Assembly: GCF_964204645.1 (NCBI RefSeq)
Contig: NC_134027.1
Coordinates: forward strand, 1,396,485-1,460,484
Source: Tubulanus polymorphus
Taxonomy: Eukaryota; Animalia; Nemertea
Length of the DNA: 64,000 nucleotides
Direction: 5' to 3'
The notes under the pieces were generated by a model that saw only the letters and a list, made by a program, of their open reading frames with translations, did no database searches and was not told the DNA's origin. Shown one piece after another: positions 1 through 12,303 of the stretch. The translations under genes were made by a program, and so were the position numbers. Numbering within the stretch: the stretch's first letter is position 1; each line of letters begins with the position of its first letter.

Positions 1-760
1 AAGAGAGTAGTGAAGTTGAGACTCAATTCTATGAGACATTTTCAAAACTAAGAGAGCAGTGAAATTGAGACTCAATTCTATGAGACATTTTCAAAACTAA
101 GAGAGCAGTGAAGTTGAGACTCAATTCTATGAGACATTTTCAAAACTAAGAGAGCAGTGAAGTTGAGACTCAATTCTATGAGACATTTTCAGAAACTAAG
201 AGAGTAATGACGTTTAGACTCAATTCTATGAGACATTTTCAAAACTAAGAGAGTAGTGAAGTTGAGACTCAATTCTATGAGACATTTTCAAAACTAAGAG
301 AGCAGTGAAGTTGAGACTCAATTCTATGAGACATTTTCAGAAACTAAGAGAGTAATGACGTTTAGACTCAATTCTATGAGACATTTTCAAAACTAAGAGA
401 GTAGTGAAGTTGAGACTCAATTCTATGAGACATTTTCAAAACTAAGAGAGCAGTGAAATTGAGACTCAATTCTATGAGACATTTTCAAAACTAAGAGAGC
501 AGTGAAGTTGAGACTCAATTCTATGAGACATTTTCAAAACTAAGAGAGCAGTGAAGTTGAGACTCAATTCTATGAGACATTTTCAGAAACTAAGAGAGTA
601 ATGACGTTTAGACTCAATTCTATGAGACATTTTCAAAACTAAGAGAGTAGTGAAGTTGAGACTCAATTCTATGAGACATTTTCAAAACTAAGAGAGCAGT
701 GAAGTTGAGACTCAATTCTATTAGGCATTTTCAAAACTAAGAGAGTGGTGACGTTGAGAC
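1..760. repeat. 49-bp tandem satellite (about 15.5 units visible, runs off the window start) with an 8-unit higher-order period
   Basis: Unit AAGAGAG(T/C)AGTGAAGTTGAGACTCAATTCTATGAGACATTTTCAAAACT starts at 1, 50, 99, 148, 198, 247, 296, 346, 395 and onward. The variant order of units 1-8 recurs from 395. Confidence 0.95.
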
Positions 761-1518
761 TTTACTTTTGGAAATAGCTCATAGAATTGAGCCAAAACGT
801 CACTTCAAAACTACGTATTAAAAAAAAACGGTCGAGAAACAAAATTGTGTCTATCATAGTCTTTCTGCAAACGCCACGAACTAATTTCAACGTTCGACTA
901 GAATTCTGAAGAAACTTGAATATGATTTTGAAGATTGCGATAATTTTCATCTATTCAGCGACGTCAATTTTTGGTTTGAATTCTCTTGTGTGATCAGCTA
1001 GCGCATAATCTAAACCGTACGATGAAAGGGAGACGGAAAATTGTCTTCTTCGCCAAACGACTTTCATCTGGCACACTTGCCGCAGTAAGCTCGATCGTTG
1101 ATCTACCCCGAGGGCCAGCTGATAGGATTTCGTTACCGGTTGCTTGCGCGATAACCGAGATCAATTTCGACAAAAGGAAAGGAAATGCGGCAATTATTGC
1201 AGCTGTAGTTCTCGGTATCGTCTGGAGTAAAGAGCGACAGTAGAGACACTGGTTGCCTGTCGAATTCTGAGTCTAGACTGGTTGCCTGTCTAATCACGTA
1301 AATGCTATGTTGTACGTAAATCTGCACGGTTCCACCTCGCGCAACTAAACCACCTCGCCAGATTGGAGGCATCCGGCCGTCTCCGGACTTGTAATACAGT
1401 TCGTCCATAGAGGATTCTAAGTGTCGCTAGTGTGCAGTAGGCCATCGACTACTCTGCCGGCAATTCTACACGTGGTAATTGAGGATCCACAAGGGGCGCT
1501 AGTTCGGAAGAAGTAACT

Positions 1519-1592
1519 GGCCGGTTAGCTCAGTCGGTTAGAGCGTCGTGCTAATAACGCGAATGTCGTGGGTTCGACCCCCACACTGGCCA
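1519..1592 (+). tRNA. tRNA-Ile (anticodon AAT)
   Basis: GGCCGGT/ACTGGCC acceptor stem, D arm TAGCTCAGTCGGTTAGAGC, anticodon arm TCGTG-CT-AAT-AA-CGCGA, T loop GGTTCGACCC, and a downstream T-run. No encoded CCA. Confidence 0.95.
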
Positions 1593-2317
1593 ACTCTTTT
1601 CACATTTTCGTTTAATGACAATAATTTTCATCCAGTAAATCGATGAAATCGAAATAAGAATATATATTTTCCATCTTGGATTTTTCAGTCAAATATGTCT
1701 CGATGAATTCCCGGCAGTTTATCGTGAATACGTGACGACAGGAGTCTCAACGATGACGTCAAACTAGCCCGGAAAAAACCTGCCGACGTCAAGAGCTGTG
1801 TGTCATGTTATTAAGACACGAGCTTTACTTTGTATTAGTGTTATTTATCGGCCAATCGTCGCTCTCGTTGATTACAGCTATAAAACAACTCGACGACGAC
1901 AGACAATACCTTAAAAACTGATGAACGAAATCATATCTCATGTCTCGAGTCAAGCGTGAAGATCATTAGATCAGGCAAGGGCTGCGCGCAACATTAGACA
2001 CAGTCGTAACATAGAAATCAGAAACTGACTAAGTTGGACCCAGTTCCACAGTTCTGGGCTACTTTTCGCGCAGATTTATAGTTCTCAACTCGCAACTTTG
2101 GAACTGGATCCTGGACAGAGAACTGAAGAACTGGGTCCTCTTCGATAGATCTAAAAAGACCTACGGCGCCGTATATGTGAGTTCAATTAATTCGGGCTAC
2201 AGCGGGACTGGATCTAGATCCGAATAACCGACCCATCACCAGTAGCACATCGGGCAAAAGCGTACAGCATGTAGAACGTTTTTGAAACTAAAATAGAGAT
2301 ATGGCACGGAATAATGT

Positions 2318-2452
2318 CTTCCCTCCCCTCGCCTTCCCTCCCCTCGCCTTCCCTCCCCTCGCCTTTCCTCCCCTCGCCTTCCCTCCCCTCACCTTTCCTC
2401 CCCTCGCCTTCCCTCCCCTCGCCTTTCCTCCCCTCGCCTTCCCTCCCCTCGC
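2318..2452. repeat. 15-bp C/T-rich minisatellite (CTTCCCTCCCCTCGC)n, about 9 copies
   Basis: Direct tandem repeat. It explains the spurious PPLAF and GREGE ORFs. Confidence 0.95.
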
Positions 2453-5221
2453 AGCCTCCTGGCTTCACACTGTGTCCCATTTTTCATATTTAATCAACTA
2501 TATGTATTAATAAAAGAAAAGTGTGTTAAAAAGTGATAAATAAAGAGGCATTTCACAAATTAATGGCCTAAGGATAACGCCAACTCGTGATCATTATTGT
2601 AATCATTATTTCATCTTAGCCGAAGATATCTTGTAGACTATCAGAACATCTGAAAATCATATCGCGTTTTGAAAAAAAAACTGTATGGGTACCTCGTGCG
2701 GTGGATACGGGAGGAGTTGATGAGAAACACTGTAACCAGACCGATGTCGTCTCCTCTCATTCAATTTACAGCATCATCGCTTTCCGTCTCAGTAAATTGA
2801 AAGATGGCAATTTCCTCGTCATCTCGTTGGATCTCGTTTAGTCTCGTTTGAATCTCGTCGCAGTCAGATTACTATCGATGAGAGAGAAGAGTTTCTTTTA
2901 GGTTGTAAAAACAACGTCAGAATTTCGGGAGAAAACTCCACGGAATAATTCATCATATATTTATTTATATGTATCTAGATGGATATTGCCTATTAGTTTT
3001 ACCGATGAATTAAAGCGTCCTCGAATTTCTGGGTGCTTGGCACACAGCCTTTATTGACTTTCCAAGCATCCAGCCTTGTATGTATATAAATTGTTTGTAA
3101 TTATATATCATTTATACCGCATATATACATGGCGAAATAAATATTATACTTCCATTGAACTATCACGACTAGACAGTAATTCTTTGAAATGGGCATCTGT
3201 TTTATGGATATTTTTTTTCTAGCTTGAAATTTTCCCTTCGCCTATATAACTCCCGGGGCCTTGAATATTTCACACCAACCGCAGTCGGGCGGTATTTAAG
3301 TCAATGGGAGATTGATGGTTTTTTATACGCGGCGGAATCATGTGGTAAATAAATCGAGGTTACACACTGAGAATTACCGTGTAATCGGGTCTATTTATTA
3401 CCGCGTGTATCATGAAGAAAATACTTCTATCAACGATTTTCATTCCGTGTGAATATCATACTATATCTCACGTGTGACGTCATCATAGTCTGTTTGCTAA
3501 CCAGTGCAAGATACAAACAACACAACAGTTAAAAAGAATTTCCCCAAACACGAATTGCATTCGAAGTTTGTCAAATGCGACAATTTTTTATTTGATAATG
3601 TGTCTAAGTTGTGTGTGTGCTGCATCTATTGAGGCTTCGTGTCACAAGACAGCAGTGGTCATACGCAAACATATAATTACATTCCAGTTCTCACATCTTA
3701 AATTGGTTAATATGAAATCTCACGCTAAGAAACAAGTCCAAAATGTTTTCTCGGAGTAGTTTATTCGACAATTCGGCATTATCCTATCCATTATTCCCGA
3801 AGATGATTATTAGGATATAGTCGAAACGTTGAATAGACTACTAGAGCTCAAGAAAACCTTTTCAGACCCTTTTTCATTCTTAGTGTGGTGTTATAAACTC
3901 AGAGGCCTATTCACAATAGAAACTCGGAGCGTTCCATCAATGGTTGGTCGTACACAAATACAATCATGCAGTTCCCAATATCCTTAATTGGTTATTTTCA
4001 TAACGTTATGAATAGAAATATAATCTTCGCTTCGAGGTGAAAACCTGAACTCTTTTCGATGAGTATCGAGAGCGAACTGACTCCGGGTGAAACCTCAGGA
4101 AATCAACCGATAAAGAGTTCTTCAGCCCTTCCGGTCACGTGCACAGGAAGCCACAGATATTTCCGTTAATGTTGCTATTTTTGTAATTATTTATCTCGCC
4201 TGCAATTTGAGCTATGATTAATCTACGTGGTATGCGGGGGTGATCGCTGTCGAAAAAAGCGGCCATTCTTTGATTCTGTGATGAACATCATTTTTCTACG
4301 TTGATGAATACATGTATATATTAGATTGCCCTGCAATGAAACCCAATAGTAAATTGGGCCCAGTTGTACAGTTGCCCCCTAAGCTTTTGCAGAGCAGCGA
4401 AATTTTTCCAAGCACTATGTCACATCCAATGAATTGATCTCCATATTGCCAAGTTCAGCCAATCCACTGGCCTTCACTACAGTTCACTTGCGAGCCAAAA
4501 TCAGCCTGCTAACCTAAGCGAACTAAGTCCTCCTCACAACCCCCCCCCCTTCCCCCTAACAACCGACGAAGCTGTTGGCACCCATGGGAAGGCACCGTTG
4601 AGTGAATTGTGTTTGAAATTGTGTGCATTTAGAAAAAGCTATATGCACTGTGGTAATAAATAACACAACTGGATTTACCCTACCAGACACTGACGAAATC
4701 TTGGAAGCTTTTACCATAAATATGGTTTCGATGTCAATCTGTGAGCGACCAGACTAATTCGATGTCGACTGAGATGATGATATTCTGATGAGGCGATACA
4801 GATAGAACATCATCTGCTTCGGTATAAAATCTCGTAACGATATCAACAAAATTGCCACTTCAGCCATTTCATTCATTAGCAGGTTACAGCCTTCACACGT
4901 CTGTGTCCAGCGTCTTCAAAGTAGTGTTAGTCCAATCCCTCCCCCGGACATAACAAAGTGTCGAAGTTGAATTTCATTAAATCAGTAAATTTCCGATATT
5001 TGTATATAAGTACTTGATTAAAATTTCATCTGAAAAATGTGGTATACCACATGTCTCAGTAACCAGAAATATTTACGATTGCAGATTGGTAAATAACATT
5101 TAATTCATATATTGTACTATTTAGAACTTGATAAAAGCGCTGTTGACTGTACTTTCCGCCAGGGGTAGAAATTACTTACACTGCTTTCTCAAAAACATCG
5201 ATCATAATCACGACAGATCAG

Positions 5222-6136
5222 CTAGCCGCTTTTGAACCAACTTTTATAGCTTTTCTTATCATATTGCTCATAAATATTCATAGATTCTATAGTTTTTACC
5301 GGGGATGAAGATGTGCAGAAACTCTTCGTTTCTACCGCTTCAAATGAATATGTGAATAAATATTTACCGTTTTTATCGGAAGCAGCGAACGCATCTCCGA
5401 CATTTTCCGACGCTCCGGTTTCTGCGATCAGCTCTTTCAACGTGATGAATCCATCTCCGTTTTTATCGTAATCGCGGAATTCAGTAGGCATCGAAATCGG
5501 TTGAAATTCGTCTTCTTCCTCGAGATCGGTTTCAGCCGTCGTATCGTCCAGTATAGGTATGTCCAGTATCGGGAGTGTCGATTCATCGTCGTAGGTAAAA
5601 CGCTTTTTTAACTCGTCGTAACTTTCCAACTTTTCACCGTCACGGGCTACGACATTAGATTTACGAGATTCGTCTTTCGATGTGTCCTCGATTTTCCTGG
5701 GAAGTTTCGTGGGATTTACTTTCACTTTGGTTTCCTGATCGTCGAAACGAGAGATTTTGTTGCGCCCGTTCTTATTACCAGGGGGCGTTGCTTCCAAAAC
5801 CTTTTTAGGCACTTCATACTGCAGGACGGCGCGATGGCCTTCAAGTATTTTCATTCTCTGTAAACGTCTATTGGCGCTTTTCGGTCGAGGCGGCGGACTC
5901 GTCTCAGATTCTGTAACTATCGGCGAGTTTTTACGGACGCGATCCGCCGAATCTTCGTAAGTTTCCATTTGAAAATGTTTGTTTTTCATATGCCGCAAGT
6001 GCAAATCGTGAAGTTTTCGTTTCAGGTGAGGTTTTTTGTCGTGTCCGTGGTGCCGTAATTTACCGCAGTTCGACATCTCGAGTAAACACACCAACACGAC
6101 GATCACCGTCAAAATAAACCGTCGATACTTATCCAT
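5222..6136 (-). CDS. Secreted EF-hand calcium-binding protein (the first coding exon probably ends at 5368; the downstream exon was not located)
   Basis: Signal peptide MDKYRRFILTVIVVLVCLLEMSNC, His/Lys-rich segment, acidic stretch and canonical EF loop DYDKNGDGFITLKEL. A second loop SDKNG is interrupted by the donor-like G|GTAAAT at 5367, after which the ORF loses EF-hand character. Confidence 0.8.
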   Translation of the reverse strand: MDKYRRFILTVIVVLVCLLEMSNCGKLRHHGHDKKPHLKRKLHDLHLRHMKNKHFQMETYEDSADRVRKNSPIVTESETSPPPRPKSANRRLQRMKILEGHRAVLQYEVPKKVLEATPPGNKNGRNKISRFDDQETKVKVNPTKLPRKIEDTSKDESRKSNVVARDGEKLESYDELKKRFTYDDESTLPILDIPILDDTTAETDLEEEDEFQPISMPTEFRDYDKNGDGFITLKELIAETGASENVGDAFAASDKNGKYLFTYSFEAVETKSFCTSSSPVKTIESMNIYEQYDKKSYKSWFKSG

Positions 6137-7111
6137 CGTATCAAAAATTCAGTCTTTATGAATTTTTGATCGTATTCAAAACTCACTAAATGTAACCAGA
6201 GATTGTCTCTTTTGGTACAAAAATAAATCCGGAATAAAATCCACAATTCTTCGAACTCAGTCTTTTAGCGATATCCCATCCTATAACGTCAACATCAGCG
6301 GCAACAATGTAAGACGTAACGTAAGCGATCGTCGTTTCGACGCAACGACGTCGATTTGTCGGCAGTTCGGTGGCGGAAGCGGCTTGTTGCGCGATAGCGT
6401 GCGGATACCCTGCTCTCTCTCTCTGTCTCGAGCTATAGCGCCGCGTAAATTGAGCTCATATATAAAATATCCCGCCGTCAGTAATAACCGGTTATAATCC
6501 ACTCGCCCGTACACACACACGCGTAAAGCCGAGTCGTTCTTTGATGAAAGAAAAAAAAAGAAAAAAACTTCCCCCTTTTAACTTCCTAAGCGCGCAAACA
6601 AACGAACTCAAAGGACAGATGAAATGTTGGAGATTATTTGACGATACAGGCGGTTTGGTCAGTCGTTCTACTGATCGTCTGATCTCAGCGAGAACGCGCT
6701 CTATCGCTGCTGCGCATACACGTTGTTGTTATTTCTTTTCGAGTGGCGGTGCGTACTTGACAGCGCGAAAACCTCTCGAATACAACAAAGATTAATATGT
6801 CGGGCAATTTTTACCAAATACTTGAGGGCTAAAACATGTTTACGCCGCACAATAGAAACCGCCGGCGCCTTGGCGTTTTATGTAATTGGCTTTCGACACC
6901 GATTTATTGTTGATAATGAAATTATTTTCAGCTATAGGAATGTGTATTTTGAATATCGGTGGTGGATTGTAAGTGCCCTGTATTCGTGCTCATAAAGTTG
7001 ATGGTTTTATTTTAGGGGTGCTAAAATAGTGACCCGGTCATCTTTACATGCATGTACATTGAGACTCGTTGTAATCGTGACGTGATTTACCCAAAATGAC
7101 GACAAACGCCA

Positions 7112-7316
7112 AGGCACAGAATGATGAACCTTGTTTCTCATTTTTGCTGAGCTTAGAACTTGACACAGCCGATCGGCCTTTTGAAAAAAAAAATCATGAT
7201 TAAGCTGACCATAACAGACCCGGCAGCTGTAGAAATGAACTGATTGCAAATTTCATTGCAGTTGACAAAAGTGACCCGGCCGATTTGGAGAAACAAGGTA
7301 TCATTTTGTTTTAGCT
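7112..7316. mobile_element. Degenerate copy of the Harbinger-like MITE seen at 11685 and 27356
   Basis: Shares CCTTGTTTCTC..GCTGAGCTTA, ACCATAACAGACCCGGC..AGAAATGAACTG and the GGAGAAACAAGGTATCATTTTG end with the other two copies. Confidence 0.75.
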
Positions 7317-8737
7317 TCGCACCTCTCCACTACGACCCCCGCATTCTTACTGTTTATAAGCTTTCTGACAAATTCTCAGCTCAGCGGTGACGTGATGATA
7401 CGAATTGATCATTGTAATAAAAATTCAGGTGTCTTGTTCATGGAACTGGCGACGCAAACTCGTGCTAGAAAATCGTATTGAAATGATTTATGCTTCTATT
7501 GAGCTGGTAATTCCTAGCGGCTACACATTCGTTGCCATCTTGATGATAATTTTGCAATTTATCAGCGAGGATTTTCTCGGAAATGTCTGACGACTGATAC
7601 CTACAGATTATGGCCGTTCATTTGTGATATAATAACTCATGCGTCGTGTGAGGATTAGTATAGTAATAGCCTCCGCGGATGGTGCGCGGCCATCTTAAGA
7701 CTAACCAGTAACTTTTCTATATATGTGATTATGAATTTGAATCGAATGAAAATTTAGGACTTCGAATCTGTTTGTGATTCTTCTTTTCGACGCCAAATCG
7801 CCTCAACTGGAGAGCGAGCGGTGTGGGCGAGTGGTTAGGGCGTCCGTACATTGCCGTAGTGTTAATTTTTTTGTAAAATAATCAAATTCATGAAATGAAA
7901 GATATATTTCTACATATTAGATCGCTATACATATAGCATTATACATATACCATATATTATCATAATAGAGTTGTCATTGTTATTATGTGTAATGAATTCT
8001 GTAATTTGAAGGGAAAATTAAATCTTAGTTTGAGTGCATTTTCCTAATTAACCATTCCCCTTTCACCTTTATGATATGCATCAACCACGACTTAAAGACC
8101 AACGCATGGTTTTAATGTTGAAGTTGAAGTGATAATTTGATTCATTCCGCAACTTATTAACACAGTATCAACTTTATATCTATCATAGTAAACGGCAGTT
8201 TTAGTTAGGAACTAGCGGTGTGAACGTATCGGTGAAATGGGTAAGCCTTTGTACACACCCCCACCCACCCTACAGCCCCCTCTACGATTGTTCAAATATT
8301 CGAAATTGTCGTAATTTAGCTCATTTGAATTATTTCTTCCCAGTTCACTTTTGACGTTTCTAATTCTCCTTTAAGTTTTCGATACTTTTTTATCTTTCTT
8401 GGTTAATTGTTTTCGTTGATCCTCTCTTCAGATTTCATACGATATGTTTTCATTTTCATTACAGTCGATTTTTAGGCGTTCTTCTCCTATTACTATTTCT
8501 TCTAATCTCGCTTTATGTTTTCAGTCGTTTTTTTTTTCATTCGTCGCTATCTCCTCATCTTTCACGTGATATTTTCTCAATAGATCTATTTCTCTCATAG
8601 AAGTGGGGATTACAATAAAAACCTCATTTTCTAATGAGAAATAACAGTTTATCAACACGGGATCACATCAGCAGGTTCTCAATTTTCTCAATTGTATTTT
8701 TCCAGTCACTATCAGGAAATTCTGTCTCTTTCTAACT

Positions 8738-11422
8738 ATGCATCTCTCACTGATCGGGTCAAGGTCAGCTCATAGTGTTAGCGGTAATGGTTGTCACTTT
8801 GTTTCGGGAGTGAATCGATGTTTTTCTGCGGTAATCAACTCCGCTCAGAAAGTCGAAGAACTGGAAGTCGTGTCCAGTGCCGAGGAGGAACTCAAACTGA
8901 TTAGTAACGTATGCGGGTACGATATCAATTATTCAAATGTTATGCGTCTAGACGTGACTAAATGGGAGCCCAGGGAGTTCGGCTGCTACGTGACGTCATA
9001 GTTGACGTCACTTAATTGATGATAAGATAATAATATCATATACACATATAGTCTACAGCGTCGTAGAAGTCTCCATTCTTTCCCTCTCTTTCTCTCTTTC
9101 TCTCTTCTTTCCCATCGGAATTCGCTAATTTGTTACTTTCTTCTATATTATAATGTAGACTGTATGACGAAGCGGTTTCTTGTACAAATCGTATGCTTGA
9201 AAATTGCGCGACCGTCTCAGCAATGGATCGCCATCACGTCAATTCATACATGGATGAAGTGATCAAACAAGGAATCATCAAATTCTGTGGTGATAAACAA
9301 TTACTGGACTGTAAGTAACCACCATCCGCCGTTCGGCACCCCAGAGCTATCTTTCCTCCAACTGAGACGACTGGTACACATTGCAACTACACAGGACACC
9401 TTGTAGCCTAGTCTAGGGTTTAGTTGCCAGATACGCGATACACATTGCGACTACATAGGGCTACAACGCCTAAATGAAACTTATAATAAATCATCATAGA
9501 TTGCCAGGGTTTGGTCGCCACATGTGCATTGAACGTTTTTTTATTGTCAATATCTTTTTCATCCTTAAAATGCATTTCTATTTTGAAGATTTTTGCGATA
9601 AAACTTGCAATTAGCAAAACGAATAATGAATTGTAAAATTATATTAACATTTTTCTAAAAATATTTATTCGATGATAGTGTATTCAATCCACGGTCAGTG
9701 CATGAACAAGTATCAAAACGTCACCGCTGAATGTATCGACGTGAACCATCGAAAAATCAACCATCTGCAAAGACACTCGAAGAGACTGAGTACAGATATC
9801 ACTCAAGCTCAGTGCCGGTAAGCTTTAGATCTCTCGATCCAGACACAACTTAGAAAATACAGAATGATATGAATCTCTCACAGCGGAATGACTAAAAATA
9901 TGACCAGGATTCTCCGGAAATCGAACCCGCTGTCACAGAATCAGATGACGCCCAACGACGGGACTTCTCGCACCCATTGCGACAAAAAAGTACTCCTGGG
10001 CCTGTCCGGGAATCGAACCCGGGACCTCTCGCACCCAAAGCGAGAATCATACCGCTAGACCAACAGGCCGTGATGGTCGTGGTCACGACGCTATGGTTCC
10101 ATTTCCTGGGATTTCATGCGAAACATGTGTCTCTTGTGATATATTGATTTAAAAGAATTTTACTTCCAAATCTAGTGCAACAGATGTTTGCTTAATTCCA
10201 CACAACTCAAATGAAATCTAAGCCAAGTTTTAAGATTTGAGGTGATTTCTGAAACTGGGCTTCGTGGAAGGGGAAGACCCCTGGTCTTGACCAACACTAC
10301 CACCTGGTGGTTTGAATAGAACATAGGTTTTGAAGATATTTAATGTTTCTCTGCGTGAAATCATTATCCTTTCCAGACAAGATTTAATTTTCAATCTCTC
10401 AACCGGAAATTGCGGTTGCTATAGTAACACCTGCCGATAATCTTAAACGCGGTGTTGGTGGCATCGTTATATATAGGGCCTATGACCTTTCTCTGAAAAC
10501 ATCGTTGTCTTTTTTAAGAAAGAACCTTCAACATTGCAATCAGTATTGCCGATAATCATAAGATACGCAAATTACTAAACATCAACGTAATCGTTAGGTT
10601 GCGGAAGGACTTTATTGTTATTATCACCGTGTCTTCGTCAGTGCCTTTGTCTTGCTGCCTGATAACATTCGCTATCACTATCAACCACCACCTCAACTAC
10701 TGTCACTCATTGGATACTTATTGATCCTTGTTGGAACATCAGACTTGCAACATCAGACTTACGACAATAAAGTGAACAAATTACAAAATCGTAGTTACAA
10801 ACAAACAGAGATAAAAGAACACTAGACCGATGAAATATGCTATGATCAAATGATACAAGTGATCAAATAAAATAAGATTAACATTGCGATCACTATCATC
10901 GCAGCTTCATTCTCTTTTCTCTACTCTTTTCTCTCTCACTCTCTTTGTCTGTCATGTGTGCTTGCTGTAGCGGCCTTCTGACATTTATTTGGCCCTCATA
11001 AGAAAGCCTTCTCAATTTTATTTTTGTTCTGTTTGTGAACATTCTAAAACCACACTTTTGTTTCTTATAAAATAGAAAGAAAGTTGAGATATGTTCCGCA
11101 TGACTCGAGCGATCACATTTTCAATATTTGAACTATTTACAGAATTGTGTCGCGAGTATTCAAATGTGGTTACGACGGACTGAAGTCCAGATGTGGTCCG
11201 GAAACCGGTTTACTATTCATCCGAATCGCTCGAGGATTCTTACCCAAACGAATTACTGAATATTGTCTGGATAGAATAAAGCACGACTGGATGGCGAATC
11301 AGGGCTATTCTGAGGTGACCGAATTCATCAAATCTATGGAGATTAAACGTAGAAATGGCACCGTTTCATTAACTTACAATTGTTTGATTTTCCTTATTCT
11401 ATTGTTTTCCTTATTCCATTGA
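8738..11422 (+). CDS. Cys-rich extracellular protein with two 6-Cys modules and a C-terminal GPI-type hydrophobic tail (5' exon unresolved)
   Basis: Exons ~8738/8769-8916, 9159-9310, 9679-9817 and 11143-11422 join through GT-AG introns with compatible phases (2,1,2) into one open frame: ...NVCG|LYDEAVSCTNRMLENC...KFCGDKQLLD|LYSIHGQC...TQAQCR|IVSRVFKC...RNGTVSLTYNCLIFLILLFSLFH*. Confidence 0.85.
9913..9982 (-). pseudogene. Degenerate partial tRNA-Pro copy with a ~31-nt insertion
   Basis: TCCGGAAATCGAACCCG and GGACTTCTCGCACCCATTGCGA match the adjacent tRNA's TCCGGGAATCGAACCCG and GGACCTCTCGCACCCAAAGCGA, separated by unrelated sequence. Confidence 0.6.
9998..10069 (-). tRNA. tRNA-Pro (anticodon TGG)
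   Basis: Reverse complement GGCCTGTTGGTCTAGCGGTATGATTCTCGCTT-TGG-GTGCGAGAGGTCCCGGGTTCGATTCCCGGACAGGCCC, followed by a T6 Pol III terminator. It lies antisense within the 9818-11142 intron. Confidence 0.96.
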
Positions 11423-11684
11423 AATGGAGATAAATTCTAAATGTTATCGTTGAAATTGTGCCTTGTTTTCTTATTGTTTTAATGAAAAATAACTCATTCG
11501 TGATGAACGCATCATATACGTTTATTCTATATGTAATTAGTATGGATGTAAACTTGCTCATATTACATGTATATATCTGATATCTTGTTACTGTAAGGTC
11601 TTCATGGTCTGGTATTTTTATGAATAATGATTCCTGGTGTTAAAATAAAATCGCTGTTCTAGTCGTTATTACGATTTAAGCTAA

Positions 11685-11903
11685 GGCTAAAAAAATTGAT
11701 ACCTTGTTTCTCCGCTCTGCTGAGCTTAAATGTTGACCCGGCCGGCCGCCTATCTACCCTATACATTACTTTTTTTTAAATCGTGATCAATTTTACCATA
11801 ACAGGCCCGGCCGCTATAGAAATGAACTGTATATAAATTTCATCATATTTTACAAAAATGACCCGGCCGCTGCGGAGAAACAAAGTATCATTTTTGTTTA
11901 GCC
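11685..11903. mobile_element. MITE, PIF/Harbinger (Tourist)-like, ~220 bp
   Basis: TIRs GGCTAAAAAAATTGATACCTTGTTTCTCCGC / GCGGAGAAACAAAGTATCATTTTTGTTTAGCC, flanked by TAA on both sides. A near-identical inverted copy lies at 27356-27578. Confidence 0.85.
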
Positions 11904-12303
11904 TAAGATCATACTCGTCATTCCATTATAAGATTTTCTTCATGAGTTTCTGGATCTAAAGACGACTGTATGATATAAGCCGATAGCAAGTCTGATTATA
12001 GTTTGTTTTTGATGCAAATAAGGATTAATCGATTGAAAATATGTAAGAAGAAATGCAGATTACCGGATTCATTTCCCGGCACAGTTCTGAGTTAGATTTG
12101 AGTCCGTTAAAACATTGAAATGATTTGATTTTAACTCAGAGTTAACGTTAACTTACAACAGCGGAACCGAGAGCCAGGAGGAGTCTAAACAGAGCCATAA
12201 ACGCTGTTTACCCAAAAGGATGTTCCGACATACTGACAAAACAAAACGTGACATGAAAGAAATTAAAGAAAAACAACCGAAAAGGGATGAAATAAAGAAA
12301 CAC

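Noticed and set aside
1-760. CRISPR-like appearance of this and the other regular arrays (33952, 39329, 56514, 60020)
   Set aside because: Units are contiguous with no unique spacers, there are no cas genes, and the context is eukaryotic and spliced.
986-1408. Overlapping short ORFs near tRNA-Ile
   Set aside because: No recognisable domain and no splice partners that could be established.
2648-5035. Candidate second exons for the EF-hand gene (acceptors near 5029, 4814, 4330, 4200, 2650)
   Set aside because: None gives a DGxIxxxEF-type continuation in phase 1.
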